Made by a program: the position numbers and the translations under genes. A model generated the notes under the pieces. The model did not search any database. It was not told where the DNA came from and saw only the letters and a program-made list of their open reading frames with translations. A DNA stretch of 63,298 bases, the filler included, from Reticulomyxa filosa (Eukaryota > Protista > Foraminifera), in NCBI GenBank assembly GCA_000512085.1. It is 19 parts of 19 records of this genome, joined end to end, with 100 filler letters (N's around TTAATTAATTAA, not from the genome) between each part and the next. Parts side by side here need not be neighbours in the genome. Positions count along the whole stretch, not along the records: positions 61,300 to 63,298 come from ASPP01010120.1; 18 more parts are not named here. The stretch is one strand, 5' to 3'. Position 1 is the stretch's first letter, and the number at the start of each line of letters is the position of its first letter. This document shows, piece after piece, positions 62,584 through 63,298 of this stretch.

Positions 62584-63298
62584 GATGCGTTCTCCCCATA
62601 GGCGAAGTAGAGTCGGGCGGCGCTACTGGCGCGCTGGTAGTCCAGCTCGATGAGCTTGAAGCGCTGTTCGATCAACTCGCGCCGCGCCGCCAGTACCACC
62701 GTCAACTCGGCCTTGCCCGCTTGGTAGCTGGCGGTGGCCAGGTCGACCTTTTGCTGCGCCAACGGCAGCCATTCTTGACGGGCCCGATCCAGCTGGCGAC
62801 CGAGTGCGACGTAATCCGCCACGTTGCTGTCCAATTCGTTGGCATGATCGCGTAGCAGCGCTTCGCGCTCGGCCTCGATCCTGGTCAATTCCTGCTGCCT
62901 GGCCGCAATGTTCGGGTCCTGGCGTGTCCTGGTGAAAAGCGGTAGGTCAAAGGTGAACTGCAGCGACACCATGTCGCCGAACTGGGCACCCCGTTTCTGG
63001 TAGGCCAACTCCACACCCCAGTCCGGTTTTTTCATGGCGACTGCTTCGCTTACTTCGGCTTCAGCCTTGTGCGCCGCCGCGCCGAATGCCGCGATTTCCG
63101 GGTGCTGGGACAGATGCAAGCGCAAGCTGCCGGCATCGAGGTTGAATGCTGGTGGTTCGCCTGCCAGCGGTTCATCGGCCGCGGGACCGATCAGGCGGCG
63201 CAGCTCGGCCTTCGCCTTGGCCAGGTCGCGAGTCAGGTCATCGTGCCGATCGGCCAGTTGGGCGGCCTCCTGCTTCGGCATCACCGCATCGGCGGGCT
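62580..63298 (-). CDS. cusC: Bacterial TolC-family outer-membrane factor of a heavy-metal efflux operon (5'-truncated)
   Basis: HPEI..PDWGVELAYQKRG..DMVSLQFTFDLPLF and YQAGKAEL..VL.ARR; ATGA stop/start overlap with the adaptor gene; high GC, no introns. Confidence 0.85.
   Translation of the reverse strand, partial: PADAVMPKQEAAQLADRHDDLTRDLAKAKAELRRLIGPAADEPLAGEPPAFNLDAGSLRLHLSQHPEIAAFGAAAHKAEAEVSEAVAMKKPDWGVELAYQKRGAQFGDMVSLQFTFDLPLFTRTRQDPNIAARQQELTRIEAEREALLRDHANELDSNVADYVALGRQLDRARQEWLPLAQQKVDLATASYQAGKAELTVVLAARRELIEQRFKLIELDYQRASSAARLYFAYGENAS

Noticed and set aside
61318-62601. Several long overlapping ORFs on both strands
   Set aside because: Expected stop-poor shadow frames in high-GC DNA; cusB explains the region.

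Overview
This window is not a continuous locus. It is 19 unrelated draft-assembly contigs joined by 18 artificial 100-bp spacers (N44-TTAATTAATTAA-N44), so adjacency across spacers has no biological meaning. Contigs 1-18 are AT-rich eukaryotic DNA with short GT-AG introns, homopolymer/microsatellite tracts and many gene relics. The expanded WD40, RING/TRAF, NACHT-associated and PUB-ART families resemble those I recall from the foraminiferan Reticulomyxa filosa (inference, not a database result). Contig 19 (61300-63298) is GC-rich bacterial DNA carrying a cusC-cusB-type metal-efflux operon fragment. Recognisable genes include TCP11-like, SLC12, an AAA+ ATPase, F-box/LRR, a flavin amine oxidase, ICMT-like, fimbrin, an MFS transporter, an RBR E3 ligase, RPT5 and LINE relics. 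The most striking object is a ~1,000-aa, 9-exon PIWI-clade Argonaute (32642-36315). It has an RG/RGG tail, a WW-like domain in an exon the ORF track misses (33028-33108), a degenerate slicer tetrad and an altered 5'-end pocket/C-terminus. Other highlights are a CUE-PUB-ADP-ribosyltransferase family, a catalytically dead bacterial-type GH16, two tandem box C/D snoRNA-like genes, a TG...CA LTR/MITE-like repeat family, and introns with U-runs at the 5' end and A-runs at the 3' end. All family calls come from motif recognition by eye.
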